From assembly GCA_002689445.1 (NCBI GenBank), contig NZGC01000084.1, forward strand, positions 8,723 to 72,722: a stretch of 64,000 nucleotides of DNA, given 5' to 3'. Source of the DNA: Gammaproteobacteria bacterium. Lineage in GTDB: Bacteria; Pseudomonadota; Gammaproteobacteria; Pseudomonadales; Azotimanducaceae. A program made the translations under genes and the position numbers. Position 1 is the first letter of the stretch; each line of letters starts with the position of its first letter. Under the pieces are notes generated by a model. That model was given only the letters and a program-made list of their open reading frames with translations. It made no database searches and was not told where the DNA came from. Shown here one piece after another: positions 18,059 to 28,098 of this stretch.

Positions 18059-18378
18059 AGATTCCTCTCCAATAATCTTTCACCCGCTTGCGCTTGGCCA
18101 CAGCCAAACAGCTGGCCTTGTTGCGGCGCATGACTCTGACACCCGCTTCTTCTTACGAAACCGCATCGCGTTTATGTCACCTGTAGCCGGCCAAGCATTA
18201 TGAAGTAGTTTTTCTACCAATTCACCTGATTCAGCATCCTCAGGTTTTGATGGCACGCTTTGGCCTTGCTTACAGTCTGCTTTTTGATCCAGCCCAGCGC
18301 TTTCAACCTGCCTTCGCCTTCAGAGCGTGCGACCTTTTCTCGGCCGAATCTTGCCCTGCACCGGCGCATTGCCCGGCG

Positions 18379-18969
18379 CTAACGCAGACCGTGAATTAAG
18401 GTGATGCATTGCGAGGCGTAGAGCATCGTTTTACCCAACGAGATGGGTGAGAGACCTTTTCTGATCAACCCTTTAACCGTATTTTTAGGCATCACTAATT
18501 GGTCTGTTAGGGCAAATACGCCTGCCTCAATCGGCGCAAGGTGCGAGGCAGGTTGGCCTTTGGGATCGAGCAAATAACCGGGTCTATCCTTTGTCAGCTC
18601 ATCCAGTAATCGCTCAAAACTCTTACCTGAAACCCCAATACCATTCCCAGCTTCCCGGGATTCATCTTTTGCAAGCGCTCTGCCCTTTGAAAGCGCGTCA
18701 CTACAACTCTTCAGCAGCGCCGCCTCAGTTAGCCCACCCAGGTTTCCCAAAAGGCCTCCATCAAAGGTCAAAACCCGACTGAAGTCTGCTGATTTCTCGA
18801 GGACCAAATGTAGCCGGGTATCATCCCGATGACCGTTGGCAACAAACAGCGCATTGACGATCATGGCGGGTATAAACTCTACGTGAGCACCGAGCCCAAG
18901 TGCCGCCAAGAACTGCTGCGGCTCAACCGGCGTTTTGCGACACCGAACCACAAATTCAATTGCCGCCAT
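18379..18969 (-). CDS. Hypothetical protein resembling the TrmY/DUF358 SPOUT methyltransferase family
   Basis: 196 aa. The pattern 'A.F..NGHR.D..L.LVL....R.L.F.G..L..L...E.A...' followed by C-terminal 'F.L.D......K.L.....ISLG...L.ASQCI.LIH' recalls archaeal tRNA pseudouridine-54 N1-methyltransferase. This assignment is from memory only. Confidence 0.4.
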   Translation of the reverse strand: MAAIEFVVRCRKTPVEPQQFLAALGLGAHVEFIPAMIVNALFVANGHRDDTRLHLVLEKSADFSRVLTFDGGLLGNLGGLTEAALLKSCSDALSKGRALAKDESREAGNGIGVSGKSFERLLDELTKDRPGYLLDPKGQPASHLAPIEAGVFALTDQLVMPKNTVKGLIRKGLSPISLGKTMLYASQCITLIHGLR

Positions 18970-19197
18970 TCATCTGCTCCCTGTCTACCCCGTTTGGGTT
19001 GCAATGGTCTTCGTTTCGAAAACCCATTTTCACGACAAAGTATAACTGATTCCCCTTGACCGACCCGCTCTCAACTTGATGTCGCAGTCGTCAACCTAGC
19101 AGGCTTGCATTTTCTCGCTTTGATCGTCTGACATTTTGCTTGACCCCGACCACCCAAGGATGTCTATGATCAAGCAACTCTTGATTGTCTGATTACT

Positions 19198-20424
19198 ATG
19201 GCTCAATCCGCACGATTCCAGCTTAGTTGGTATAACTTCAGCAACAGTCTGTGGATGATCAGTTTCAGTATTCAACAACTCCTGGTCACTTGGATTTTGG
19301 TCGGGGTTCTTGACCAATCACCTGAGGCTGTCGGTCTCGCCCAACTCATTATTGGCGTACCCGCGCTGCTTTTCATGCTCTGGGGCGGTGTGATCGGTGA
19401 TCGTGTCGATGGACGAACCCTGCTATTTCAGTCGCATCTCTTGAGCGCCATTCCGCCGCTTATTCTGGCGCTTGCTGTTTATGTCGACCACCTAGGATTC
19501 TGGGTACTCATCGCCACCGCATTGATTGCCAATCTTCTTAACAGCGCTTCTAATCCAGCTCGCAATACCATTTTAAATAGCGTTGCGGGCAACCGGCTGC
19601 AGTATGCGATTAGTCTCTCAACAGGGATCGGTTCACTCGCCACTATGCTTGGCACAAGGATCGCCGGAGAAATCGACAACTTCGGACTGATTCAGGTTTT
19701 ACTTCTCCAGAGCGCATGCTTTGGCTTAGGTGGGCTTTTTGTTCTAGGTCTTAAGAAAAACCCCGCGGTATCGACGCCTTCTGACCCGCCTGAGATCAAA
19801 CCCAGCATGATTGAGGTGATCCAAGAGGGTCTCAATTACACCTGGCGATTCAAATTAGCCAGAGACCTTGTCGGCTTAAATTTCTTTTCGAGTTTTTTTA
19901 ATGCCGGGGCATGGATGATTGCTATCCCTTTTATCATTAACCGCATCTATGCAGGCGATGCCCTACTTTTGGCCAACATGACGGTCGTCTTCTATTTTGG
20001 GTCGCTGGTTGCAAACTTCGGTCTACTGCGATTTATGCCTCTACTGCGCCCGGGCCGTTTATACCTGATTATGCAAGTCAGTAGGATTTTAGTGCTCTTG
20101 CTTATCTGGGTGCAGCCCACCCTGACCTGGCTCTGGGTCGCTGCCGCCTATTGGGGATTCAACATGGGAGTGACCACCACCATGTCTCGAGTCATGATTC
20201 AAGAAATTGCAGAGCCCGAGTTCCGTGCCCGGCTCATGTCTGTTTTTACGTTGGGGTTGATGAGCGCAACCCCCATGGGCAGCCTGGTCTTAGGATTGGT
20301 CATTGGTCAATTCGGGGAATTGAATGCGTTGATTCCTGGCATGCTCGCCTCAGCAGTCATCTTTTGGTACGGCTTGAAGCACAGTAGCATCTGGCAATAC
20401 CAAAGCCCCCAACCCACCGCTTAA
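19198..20424 (+). CDS. MFS transporter
   Basis: 408 aa and about 12 hydrophobic segments. The loop 2-3 motif 'GGVIGDRVDGR' is MFS-like. Confidence 0.8.
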   Translation: MAQSARFQLSWYNFSNSLWMISFSIQQLLVTWILVGVLDQSPEAVGLAQLIIGVPALLFMLWGGVIGDRVDGRTLLFQSHLLSAIPPLILALAVYVDHLGFWVLIATALIANLLNSASNPARNTILNSVAGNRLQYAISLSTGIGSLATMLGTRIAGEIDNFGLIQVLLLQSACFGLGGLFVLGLKKNPAVSTPSDPPEIKPSMIEVIQEGLNYTWRFKLARDLVGLNFFSSFFNAGAWMIAIPFIINRIYAGDALLLANMTVVFYFGSLVANFGLLRFMPLLRPGRLYLIMQVSRILVLLLIWVQPTLTWLWVAAAYWGFNMGVTTTMSRVMIQEIAEPEFRARLMSVFTLGLMSATPMGSLVLGLVIGQFGELNALIPGMLASAVIFWYGLKHSSIWQYQSPQPTA

Positions 20425-20487
20425 AGCATCTGCCTTGCATCGGTTCACCGATGAAACGGGGTCTCCTGAGCGCTGTGTATGCACTTG

Positions 20488-20507
20488 TCCACAAAAACTG
20501 TGGATAA
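20488..20507. promoter_or_regulatory. Palindrome TCCACA-N5-TGTGGA containing a perfect DnaA-box 9-mer (TGTGGATAA, 20499-20507)
   Basis: Read directly from the sequence. A one-mismatch copy (TGTGCATAA) lies at 20676-20684 within the AT-rich gap. Confidence 0.3.
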
Positions 20508-20956
20508 CTCTGGTGATAACTACCCTGTTTCACCCCAAACGCCCCGAATCGTGTACCCCTGCAGCTTGATCAAAAATTGAACAATCCAGTATAAAATTAT
20601 ATTTTTCAGTAATTTATAGTTCATTCATCGAAACTATATTGTGTTATGGATGTAAATTCACAAACAAGGGTCAGATGTGCATAAGTCACCAAAATACGGC
20701 GCTAATGCAATCGAAAAACCCTCATTTCGATGGGTTTATTGACCGCAAACTCAAGCCTTGACCCACCGTGATTTGCGATAAAACGCATAAAATCAGCATA
20801 TTAAACGGATACACCACCGATTTTAGGTCATGGTCCGTGTTCCATCCCCCGGTCTGAAAAAAATCAATTTTCATGACCTGACCTAGAATTTAAGCCTCTA
20901 TCCTCCTCACCATGGTTGGTTTACGATAAAGCTGATTACGAGAAGAGAGGAAGCTA

Positions 20957-21637
20957 ATGATTGACCTGTACACATCGGCAACGCCGAACGGCCACAAAGC
21001 GTCGGTAACTCTTGAGGAACTCGGTCTCGACTATACGGTGCAGGCGATCAATCTATCTCGGCAGGATCAGCGGACTCCTGAGTTCCTAGCGATGAACCCC
21101 AATGGCAGAATTCCTGTCATCCGAGATCAAGAGGGTGGCAATGTGGTCTTCGAGTCAGGTGCAATCATGATTTATCTTGCCGAGAAGACAGGGAGATTGT
21201 TACCTGCCACCGGCCCAGGCCGATACAAAGTGATGCAATGGCTCATGTTCCAGATGGGGGGAATTGGCCCGATGATGGGACAAGCCAATGTGTTTTTTCG
21301 CTACTTCCCAGAAAAAATTCAACCCGCAATCGATCGCTATCAGAATGAGACCCGCCGACTTTTTGAGGTCTTAGACTCGACACTTGCAGACCAGGAGTGG
21401 CTGGCCGACGACTTCTCGATCGCAGACATCGCCAACTGGTGTTGGGTGAGAACCTACCGATGGTCAGGCGTTTCCCGTGACGGCTTGCCCAACCTCGATC
21501 GATGGCTCGACCAAATGAAAAACCGCCCAGCCTGTCGACGAGGCATCAATATTCCAGAGCCAGCGCCAGACAAGCTGCTCGAAGGCAAAGATCAAGCCCG
21601 ATTTGCCCGGAACGCCCAGAGCATACTTCAAACTTGA
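20957..21637 (+). CDS. Glutathione S-transferase
   Basis: 226 aa with 'NPNGRIPVI' and '[12 protein letters not shown]' in the GST N-domain. GAGAGGAAG lies upstream of the ATG. Confidence 0.88.
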   Translation: MIDLYTSATPNGHKASVTLEELGLDYTVQAINLSRQDQRTPEFLAMNPNGRIPVIRDQEGGNVVFESGAIMIYLAEKTGRLLPATGPGRYKVMQWLMFQMGGIGPMMGQANVFFRYFPEKIQPAIDRYQNETRRLFEVLDSTLADQEWLADDFSIADIANWCWVRTYRWSGVSRDGLPNLDRWLDQMKNRPACRRGINIPEPAPDKLLEGKDQARFARNAQSILQT

Positions 21638-21655
21638 TCCTAAGCCCCGCACCAC

Positions 21656-22561
21656 TCACTCGTAGATTTTTAGAAATTCCTCGAACGCAACCATCTGCCC
21701 ACCATTTGCAGACGAAGGCACAATAATGGGCGTTTTAATGCCCGCATCAAACCAAGCTTCAACCCCTTCACGAACGGCGCGAGCAGACCCAAAAAGTGTC
21801 GTATCCGCAAGCCAACGATCCGTCAGATAATGGGGTACTCGGTCACGATCACCCGCAGCAAGAGCAGACTCAACGCCTTCCATCTCCTCGACATATCCGG
21901 CCGCTTTCCAATAGTTACGGTAGTTGGGCAGCATGGCATAAGAGGTCAGCGTTCGACGATTAACGGCTTTGGCGGCCTCTAGATCGTCAGAGATACAGGT
22001 TGGAATCATATTACCGATAAAAAATTCCGGACTTGAACGCTTAGCCTCGCTCACCTCAGCAAGGGATGTCGACATATAAGACCTTGCGCCGTTGGCAAAG
22101 ACCATACCATCCCCAATTTCCTCAGCGAGCCGAATCATTTTTTGTCTGAGGGTAGCCAGTATAATTGGGGGCATCTCACCCACCCGAGGCACAGATTTCA
22201 ATTGCTCGACAAAAGATCGAATATCCGTGAGGGGCTTACCCGCCTCGATACCTCTCGACTTGAGAGCCGGCGCATGACTTACGCCAATACCAAAGCGAAA
22301 GCGCCCATTTGAAATTTCATGCAAAAACCCAACGGTACTCGCAAAGTCGACAATCTGTCTGAAGTAAATCGGCATAATGCTTGTGCCGATTTCAATTTCA
22401 TGGGTTACGTGGGCCAAGGACTGGCACAGCGCCAGAGAGTCTCCAAGGCTCGGGCCATAAATCCCTGGGTACCCTCGTCGCTCAATTTCTTGCGCCAATT
22501 CTAAGGTTGCCTGACGGCGTCCTGGGACTGCGGCCAAACTCAATGCCGGTAATTGGGCCAT
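21656..22561 (-). CDS. LLM-class flavin/F420-dependent oxidoreductase
   Basis: 301 aa with 'NGRFRFGIGVS'. ATG start. Confidence 0.8.
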   Translation of the reverse strand: MAQLPALSLAAVPGRRQATLELAQEIERRGYPGIYGPSLGDSLALCQSLAHVTHEIEIGTSIMPIYFRQIVDFASTVGFLHEISNGRFRFGIGVSHAPALKSRGIEAGKPLTDIRSFVEQLKSVPRVGEMPPIILATLRQKMIRLAEEIGDGMVFANGARSYMSTSLAEVSEAKRSSPEFFIGNMIPTCISDDLEAAKAVNRRTLTSYAMLPNYRNYWKAAGYVEEMEGVESALAAGDRDRVPHYLTDRWLADTTLFGSARAVREGVEAWFDAGIKTPIIVPSSANGGQMVAFEEFLKIYE

Positions 22562-22591
22562 GGTAAATTCCTCGTCACGATTCTTGAGCCT

Positions 22592-23035
22592 TCAAGGGTA
22601 GGTCTTAGCAGACCAGACAGCAAGTGCCTCCAAGATCCCGTGTAACATTTTCGATAGTCGGTTGTGCACTGCCGACTCGACTTCACTTGACCAAATTCGA
22701 CCTGCACCAACTTTTAGCGTTTCGAAGAGGGCTTGATTGAGCGCTCGGTACATCTCCGGCTCAACAAAATAAGCCTGGGCGTGATTTTTGGTTTCAAACA
22801 ACAAATACTGCTGATCAGTGACCGCAACATCAGGACTCAAAAACAGCCTGATCACCTCGGCAAGCATTTTCCCCTGTACTTCTTCATCGATATGGATCAT
22901 CAATGCTTCAGCTGACGGCGCCAGTTGATAAAAACGGTCATAGAGGCGCTGCTGAAAATCAGGCTGGTCTTCGGCAGCGCAGTCCAAAACCCGTTCAATG
23001 CACGTTTGTTCGTTCAAAGCACCGCACTCCCTCAC
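22592..23035 (-). CDS. Globin-fold-like small protein (tentative)
   Basis: 147 aa and all-helical in appearance. 'RFYQLAPSAEALM......QGKMLAEVIRL' and 'NH.QAY.VEPEMYRALNQALFETLK' resemble globin B/E and F/G helix patterns. There is no ATG start. The candidates are GTG 23035 or TTG 23017, which has AGGGAG 9 nt upstream. Confidence 0.45.
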   Translation of the reverse strand: MRECGALNEQTCIERVLDCAAEDQPDFQQRLYDRFYQLAPSAEALMIHIDEEVQGKMLAEVIRLFLSPDVAVTDQQYLLFETKNHAQAYFVEPEMYRALNQALFETLKVGAGRIWSSEVESAVHNRLSKMLHGILEALAVWSAKTYP

Positions 23036-23116
23036 GTCTTGTGCTAACGAAAGATAACGTTAGGCTCTGTCAATCAACCTTGACTATAATCCTGTCGATC
23101 GGGAGGACACAAGATT

Positions 23117-23812
23117 ATGGTCAGAAGAAAAAACTTTATCCAAAGACAAAAAATCATACTTGCCAGCATCGCAGTGTTGGTGGTTGCTATCGTGGCTTAC
23201 CTCACGCTTGAAACTGTGACCGACGAGGGAGCACAAGGTGAGTTCGTTTCGGGCATTCATTATGTTGAGCTAGAAAATCCTAGAAGAATTCGAGGAGAAG
23301 CGATCGAGGTCATGGAGTTTTTCTCCTACGGCTGCGTGTTTTGCTACCAATTTGACGACGACTTAACTGATTGGGCGAACACTCACGAAGGCAAAATTCG
23401 CTTGGTGAGAACACCCCTAATTGGCTCTGACCAATGGCGTTTATTGGGACGTCACTTTTACGCGCTAGAAACCCTTGATGCGCCTGATGTGCTACATCAG
23501 GCAACATTTCGTGGCCTACATGATTTGGGGAAAAACTTGTCCACACAAGATAAGCTCGCTGATTTTGTTGCCAGCAATTCTCCGCTATCGGCAGAATCCT
23601 ATCGGGTGGCCTTCTCTTCACCCAGCGTCGAGACTCGTGTGAAACTGGCTGACCGCCTAGCCAGACAAGCGAAGGTCACCTCTGTTCCGCAATTGGTTGT
23701 CCAAGGGCGCTATCGAATCAGCAGCACAAGAGATGTGGGACCAAGCCGGATGCTTGAAGTTGCTGATTTCTTAATCAAAAAAATCGCCAGCGAGGAAACG
23801 ATCCAAAAGTAA
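23117..23812 (+). CDS. dsbA: Thiol:disulfide interchange protein, DsbA family
   Basis: 231 aa with an N-terminal hydrophobic segment and the CxxC active site 'FFSYGCVFCYQF'. Confidence 0.85.
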   Translation: MVRRKNFIQRQKIILASIAVLVVAIVAYLTLETVTDEGAQGEFVSGIHYVELENPRRIRGEAIEVMEFFSYGCVFCYQFDDDLTDWANTHEGKIRLVRTPLIGSDQWRLLGRHFYALETLDAPDVLHQATFRGLHDLGKNLSTQDKLADFVASNSPLSAESYRVAFSSPSVETRVKLADRLARQAKVTSVPQLVVQGRYRISSTRDVGPSRMLEVADFLIKKIASEETIQK

Positions 23813-23846
23813 CCAAGATCCACTTTGTTTTACGAAAAGGCCCGGA

Positions 23847-26261
23847 CTACGAGCCAAAACGATACCGCAGTTTAACCACCAAGGCGTCGGTCACCGGCGC
23901 CTGATAACTGTCCTGAAACACCTCATTAAAGCTGCGATCCAATAACAACCCCGCTTGATTAGACTGCCGGGTATAAACAACGAATAAATCTGAAAGGGGG
24001 GCCAACTCCCATCGATAGCGTGCTTGTACGCTCACCTGGGAAACAGAAAAATCTCGCACAGAGGCGTCTAAGTCTGGTCGTCGCATCAGATCACCAGGCT
24101 GATCTGGGATTTCGTAAGCGCTACCACTGCGAGCCTTGACCCCAACCCATTGGACGACAAGTTTCAACTGCTGCTTGGCGTTGATGAAATATTCGAGTCC
24201 AAACCCCGGGGCCAATTGCTCGGCGGCATAGGTACCCATCGTTGACCCTTGACTATGCAGCAACCAATCTTTGCGGTTGAGATAATTTAGCATCGCATCG
24301 ACACTGAGTCGGTCATTGGGTCGCCAAGTGGCGAATAAGCTCATGACACTACTGTCTCCACCCAACTCTTCTCCCATGTAGCCGAGCTTCCCGCCAAAAC
24401 TCAAAGGCTTTGCTCGATTCGATGCCCATCCGACACTGGCCATAGCCCTGGGATCCACCCGATATGTGCCATTACCGAAACTGTTGAGATCATCATAAGC
24501 ACCGGCCAGTAAGTCGAGTCGGAACACCAATTCGTGCAGATTGTTTAACAAACTCCGATTAGAAAAAAACAATCCTCCTTGAGTAAACAGACCCTCGGCG
24601 TTTTTTTGAACAAAACCGCGGAAATCGAATTGATTACTGCGAGCCCAATCAAGGTCAGATCGCGTTCGGATGTGCGATTGTCGTATTCTGAAATTGTCGT
24701 TTCTTTGAATAAATCCGAAGTCACTGACATCAACGACCTCGTCGAAATACTCAATGCCAACCCGCTGGGTAACCCCCTGCTTTAAGGCATACTCAAAATC
24801 GATAAACCCGCCATACCCGCGCTCAATACCCTCCTTATCTGAGGTAAACGCTTGAGCGTCGATCTTTAGCTTGCCATTCGCCCCTAAAAAGTGACCATCG
24901 ATGCTTTGCACCAAAGCATCGCCCGCCTCATGCAACACCATCGTTGACAACAAACCCACCGATTTATAAGCACCTCCAGGCTCGTCCTCCAGCAACAGCC
25001 GCGCTGCGCCGTATTGACTGCCCTCACCCACCATCCGATAGGTACCTGCGTCATCGGTCACCAAAAATTCAGGGTCATCCTCAAATGCCGCCAAAAACCC
25101 ATAGCGAATTTGACCATTTTGTCCAGTCACCTTCACGGCACCCAGTAAGTCGGTCGGTTGTATCTGGTCCTTGACTCGAATTTCGCCTTCACCAGGCAGC
25201 ACAGGCAACCGCGGCTTACCTCCAATTCTTCGGGTATTGACTAGGGTGTAAGGCGCTCCTCGATTACCCACTCCGCCGCCTCTGGTATCGGCTCGCGGCG
25301 AGGCGGTGAACACTTCCTGTCCTTCCAAGAAAAACAACCGCTTTTCTGGAAAAAACGTCTCAGTCGCCGACAGGTTAATGATCACGTCATCCGATTCAGC
25401 AATACCAAAATCAGGATTGACCGTCGCAGTTACTTGAACATTGGTTGAGGGTCGCCAGAAAAGATCAGCACCCAATCGATATTCTGTCTCCCCGTCGATT
25501 CGGTCCCGCGTGATTGCAGTTGACGGAAACAGACTGAACTGTTGTTTGGGCGTTACGTCCTGCACAGCAATTGGCTGTAACGCCGAAATAAATCGAGGCA
25601 CCGTATCAGGCAGTGCCGGCCAACTCCAACGCTCATCTAGATAAGCAACGAAACGTTCCATATACAAACCAATACGTCGCTCGCCGCTCTGTTTTGGCAT
25701 CGACATAATGCCCCAAGGAATGAACAACTCGGCTGACCAACCTGATGAGGTTGTGCTCGACGCACCTTCCCAGGCACCATCCCAGTCACTGGAAAATTGC
25801 TTTTCTGGCAGCAGTGTCCCATCCATCAAGGTATCGCCTAAATTCACCGCGAACCAATACCCGTATCGACCCTCTCCCGAGGTGTCTAGCACCAGACCAA
25901 TGTTGTCTCGCTTGATTTGCCGATTATCGCGACTGGACAGTCTCGCTACCAGAGTCGTTGTCGGCTGCTCAGCTTCAACCCCTACAAACAGGCCGCGATC
26001 ATTATAGAACAGCCTTACCCGAGTCCTGTGACTCGGTTTAATCAACGTGTCCGGCTCGATCACCACGAACTCGTCGTAGTGATCCAGCTCAGTCCAAATC
26101 GACTCGTTTAACTGACCATCTAGGGCAATAGCAGCATCAGAGGGGTTTATTTGAAGCACCTGACCGGGTGCAACTTCGACCTGAATGGCGTTGACGCTCC
26201 CCACCCCAGCGAATAGCAGCGCTATCCAGACCCGTAGCATCAACCTCAAGACTGCCATCAT
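23847..26261 (-). CDS. Secreted or outer-membrane protein with an N-terminal CBM9/DOMON-like domain and a DUF5916-type beta-barrel
   Basis: 804 aa with signal peptide MMAVLRLMLRVWIALLFAGVGSVNA. It has an alternating beta-strand-like C-terminal half ending '...LRYRFGS'. The family name is from memory. Confidence 0.65.
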   Translation of the reverse strand: MMAVLRLMLRVWIALLFAGVGSVNAIQVEVAPGQVLQINPSDAAIALDGQLNESIWTELDHYDEFVVIEPDTLIKPSHRTRVRLFYNDRGLFVGVEAEQPTTTLVARLSSRDNRQIKRDNIGLVLDTSGEGRYGYWFAVNLGDTLMDGTLLPEKQFSSDWDGAWEGASSTTSSGWSAELFIPWGIMSMPKQSGERRIGLYMERFVAYLDERWSWPALPDTVPRFISALQPIAVQDVTPKQQFSLFPSTAITRDRIDGETEYRLGADLFWRPSTNVQVTATVNPDFGIAESDDVIINLSATETFFPEKRLFFLEGQEVFTASPRADTRGGGVGNRGAPYTLVNTRRIGGKPRLPVLPGEGEIRVKDQIQPTDLLGAVKVTGQNGQIRYGFLAAFEDDPEFLVTDDAGTYRMVGEGSQYGAARLLLEDEPGGAYKSVGLLSTMVLHEAGDALVQSIDGHFLGANGKLKIDAQAFTSDKEGIERGYGGFIDFEYALKQGVTQRVGIEYFDEVVDVSDFGFIQRNDNFRIRQSHIRTRSDLDWARSNQFDFRGFVQKNAEGLFTQGGLFFSNRSLLNNLHELVFRLDLLAGAYDDLNSFGNGTYRVDPRAMASVGWASNRAKPLSFGGKLGYMGEELGGDSSVMSLFATWRPNDRLSVDAMLNYLNRKDWLLHSQGSTMGTYAAEQLAPGFGLEYFINAKQQLKLVVQWVGVKARSGSAYEIPDQPGDLMRRPDLDASVRDFSVSQVSVQARYRWELAPLSDLFVVYTRQSNQAGLLLDRSFNEVFQDSYQAPVTDALVVKLRYRFGS

Positions 26262-26451
26262 CCTCTGACTCCTCGTATCATTTCCTTTTCGAACAGGACC
26301 ATTGCGATCGCTTTCAAGGGTGGAGTGTCGACTGGGTTATCAATACGCTCTGCAAAGGATGTCAAATCAACAGGCAGAGACGCCAGCTCTCAGATCGCGC
26401 TTCATAATGGTTCACTCGGAACTTCTGGCCACTCGGTTTCTTTTTTCGTTT

Positions 26452-27990
26452 CTATTCTTGTGCGGGCCCAGGAAAGCTCTCACGTAAAACTCGCTTGAGC
26501 ACTTTACCATTGGCGTTGCGAGGTATTACCTCGACGAACACAGCATCTTTGGGTAATTTAAAGCGCGCTAACTTACCCTGACAGTGGGACAGCACATCGT
26601 CTTTCGACAGAGACTCGGATTTGGCCACCACGACCGCAAAGGGACTCTCCCCCCATTTAGCACTCGATTGCCCAATCACCGCAACTTCGACAACCTCGGG
26701 ATGCGTTAAAATGACGTTTTCTATTTCCGCCGGGTAAACGTTTTCGCCCCCGGAAATAATCATATCCTTGATTCGGTCTTGGATAAAAACAAAACCGTCC
26801 TCATCGATTGAGGCCACATCACCGGTGCGCAACCAACCTTCTTGGGTAATTGTTTCGGCCGTGGCTTCGGGGCGATGCCAATACTCCTGCATAATGTGAT
26901 CCCCCTTGACCCAAACCTCACCTTGCTCACCAGGTTTGCAATCATCACCCACCTCGTCAACCACTCGAACTTCAGTATGGAAAAAAGCTTTACCTGTAGA
27001 ACCAATTTTCCGACGTGCATCATCCCCGCTAATAACACAGGCAGGGCCACAGGTTTCAGTCAAACCATAAATTTGATGGATATCAATTCCGAGCTCGGCG
27101 TACTGCTCAATAATGCTGACCGGTAGAGGCGACGCGCCACTCTGAATCCAACGCAAATGATCAAACCCAGTCGCGGCTTCGGGTACTTGAAGCATAAAGT
27201 TCAACATCGCCGGCACCAACAACGACGCACCGATCCGCTCATCTCGGATGACATCCCAGGCTTTGGTCGGATCAAACTCCCGCATTACAACGCTGGTCAC
27301 ACCGCTATAGATGTTGAGCGCTACAGGCGTCAATGCACCCACATGAAACAAAGGAAGCGCCACCAGATATCGATCTCCATCCCGTAAATCGCAACTGGCC
27401 TGAAAAGTCAGCAATGCCCAAAAAGAAGTGGTGTGTGAATGGACAACGCCTTTGGGTAGCCCCGTCGTCCCGGAGGTATACATGATGTATAAAAGATCAT
27501 CGCCCGCTGCTGAAATTGTGGGTTCGTCGATACTGCCCAAAGCGCAAAACGCCGCATAATCCTCCGCAAACGGCTGGCATTCCCCGCCAACCTGCAGCCA
27601 ATGCTCGACATCCGTTTTATCACCTCGGCCCTCGAGATCCGTGATCACCGCTTCAAATTCTGTCCCGAAGATCAGAGTCTTGGCACCACTGTCTTTGATA
27701 ATGAACTCTAACTCATCGGCAACCAATCGCCAGTTCAAGGGCACCACGACACCACCAATTTTCGCCACGGCCAGAAAACTCTCGATGAATTCAGCGCTGT
27801 TCATCAAACAAAGTGCAACTCGATCTCCTGGATTTACGCCGCTGGCCTGCAGTTGATTGCCCAAACGATTGGTTCGCTGATTCAATTCAGCGAAGGTCAA
27901 ACGCTGACCCGAGCTTGCATCCACGTAGGCCTCTCGGTCAGGATTTATATCTGCTCGACGAGCTAGAAAAGATCCAATATTTACATTCAC
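26452..27990 (-). CDS. Acyl-CoA synthetase (AMP-forming, long/medium-chain fatty-acid-CoA ligase-like)
   Basis: 512 aa with the AMP-binding motif '[12 protein letters not shown]' and 'GWLRTGD'. GTG start. Confidence 0.9.
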   Translation of the reverse strand: MNVNIGSFLARRADINPDREAYVDASSGQRLTFAELNQRTNRLGNQLQASGVNPGDRVALCLMNSAEFIESFLAVAKIGGVVVPLNWRLVADELEFIIKDSGAKTLIFGTEFEAVITDLEGRGDKTDVEHWLQVGGECQPFAEDYAAFCALGSIDEPTISAAGDDLLYIMYTSGTTGLPKGVVHSHTTSFWALLTFQASCDLRDGDRYLVALPLFHVGALTPVALNIYSGVTSVVMREFDPTKAWDVIRDERIGASLLVPAMLNFMLQVPEAATGFDHLRWIQSGASPLPVSIIEQYAELGIDIHQIYGLTETCGPACVISGDDARRKIGSTGKAFFHTEVRVVDEVGDDCKPGEQGEVWVKGDHIMQEYWHRPEATAETITQEGWLRTGDVASIDEDGFVFIQDRIKDMIISGGENVYPAEIENVILTHPEVVEVAVIGQSSAKWGESPFAVVVAKSESLSKDDVLSHCQGKLARFKLPKDAVFVEVIPRNANGKVLKRVLRESFPGPAQE

Positions 27991-28098
27991 ATTACACTCC
28001 TTGCGCGCTACGTTTGTTGTTAGGGCTAAGGGACGAAACCCTGAGTACGAATTGTGCCCCTAGCCATCGCCATTGATTGCAAAGCTCATCGGGTAGAC

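Noticed and set aside
18251-18270. TGGCAC...TTGC-like sequence resembling a sigma-54 promoter
   Set aside because: The GG-to-GC spacing does not fit TGGCAC-N5-TTGC, since the sequence reads TGGCACGCTTTGGCC. It also points away from the neighbouring minus-strand genes.
20488-20700. Possible chromosomal replication origin (perfect DnaA box plus an AT-rich tract)
   Set aside because: There is only one perfect and one near-perfect box. There is no cluster of four to five boxes, no recognisable 13-mer DUE repeats, and no dnaA, dnaN, gidA or rpmH nearby. I kept it only as a low-interest regulatory observation.
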